Source: Terriglobales bacterium
GTDB taxonomy: Bacteria; Acidobacteriota; Terriglobia; Terriglobales; Acidobacteriaceae
Reading direction: 5' to 3'
DNA length: 53,696 nt
Assembly: GCA_025927695.1 (NCBI GenBank)
Contig: JAICLA010000001.1
Location: 1-53,696, forward strand
The notes under the pieces were generated by a model. The model was given only the letters and a program-made list of their open reading frames with translations, was not told where the DNA came from and ran no database searches. Made by a program: the position numbers and the translations under genes. Below, one piece after another: positions 53,338 to 53,696 of this stretch (within the stretch, counting starts at the first letter, position 1; each line of letters starts with the position of its first letter).

Positions 53338-53696
53338 AAATCGTTACCGCGGCGGAGATGCGAGAAATAGACCGCGTGACCGTTCAGCAGCACGGCGTGC
53401 CGTCAATTCAATTGATGGAGAATGCCGGGACAGCGGTGGCGGAATTCGTACTTAAGAACTTTTCGCATGCGGAAAAGATCCAGGTCGTATGCGGTCGCGG
53501 GAACAATGGTGGCGATGGGTTTGTCGTCGCGCGAAAGCTGAAGGACGCAGGCAAACATGTCAGCGTGGCGCTGCTGGCCCGGCCAGCGGACATCAAGGGC
53601 GATGCGGCGGAGATGTTGCACAAGCTGCCGCTAAAACCAGTCTCGATAACTAACGGACATGAGCTAGCGGACGCTGACTGGAATGCGGATCTTATC
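53334..53696 (+). CDS. nnr: NAD(P)H-hydrate epimerase (YjeF N-terminal domain), 3' end cut by window edge
   Basis: My own translation gives MKIVTAAEMREIDRVTVQQHGVPSIQLMENAGTAVAEFV...VVCGRGNNGGDGFVVARKL. The ATGA start overlaps the channel gene stop. The frame is open to the window end. Confidence 0.8.
   Translation, partial: MKIVTAAEMREIDRVTVQQHGVPSIQLMENAGTAVAEFVLKNFSHAEKIQVVCGRGNNGGDGFVVARKLKDAGKHVSVALLARPADIKGDAAEMLHKLPLKPVSITNGHELADADWNADLI

Overview
This is a 53.7-kb, gene-dense chromosomal segment with about 41 protein-coding genes and moderately high GC. The gene content includes a translationally coupled BamA-TamB pair, two giant Asp-box/BNR sortilin-like propeller proteins, signal-peptide DinB-family proteins, a CadC-like winged-helix membrane regulator and pilMNOPQ with an AMIN-domain secretin. 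Together with the character of the intergenic repeats, this suggests an Acidobacteriota (Terriglobia-like) soil bacterium. That taxonomic call is inference only.

Functional blocks, left to right:
- outer-membrane biogenesis (bamA-tamB)
- a glycan-processing neighbourhood (HAD phosphatase, two BNR propeller paralogues, a PIG-L deacetylase fusion, a permease)
- two secreted DinB proteins
- glucose 1-dehydrogenase plus a GH63-like glycosidase
- an ABC-F ATPase translationally coupled to four secreted hydrolases
- DUF427 and a membrane winged-helix regulator
- an OmpA-family protein interrupted by an in-frame TAG
- an Hfq-like/SuhB/small-protein unit
- a domain-permuted aconitase-family protein, DUF1569 and a 7Fe-type ferredoxin
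- an HTH gene followed by pilMNOPQ
- Xaa-Pro peptidase, accB, accC and thiE
- two APC permeases, an RCK K+ channel and the start of nnr

I see no rRNA, tRNA, CRISPR array, transposase, integrase, prophage or recognisable defence gene. I did not find a convincing self-contained novel multi-gene system.

The best leads are:
1. An in-frame TAG inside a conserved OmpA domain, with the conserved frame and the terminator lying beyond it.
2. The five-gene coupled ABC-F plus secreted-hydrolase operon.
3. Phased 11-bp direct repeats abutting a promoter upstream of the HTH-pil operon.
4. The Hfq-like/SuhB coupling with a possible leaderless start.
5. A permuted LeuD-LeuC-type aconitase.
6. A K+ channel with a non-canonical TVGYAE filter.
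7. Families of short intergenic repeats.

All homology statements come from reading the translations and remembered family motifs. No searches were run.
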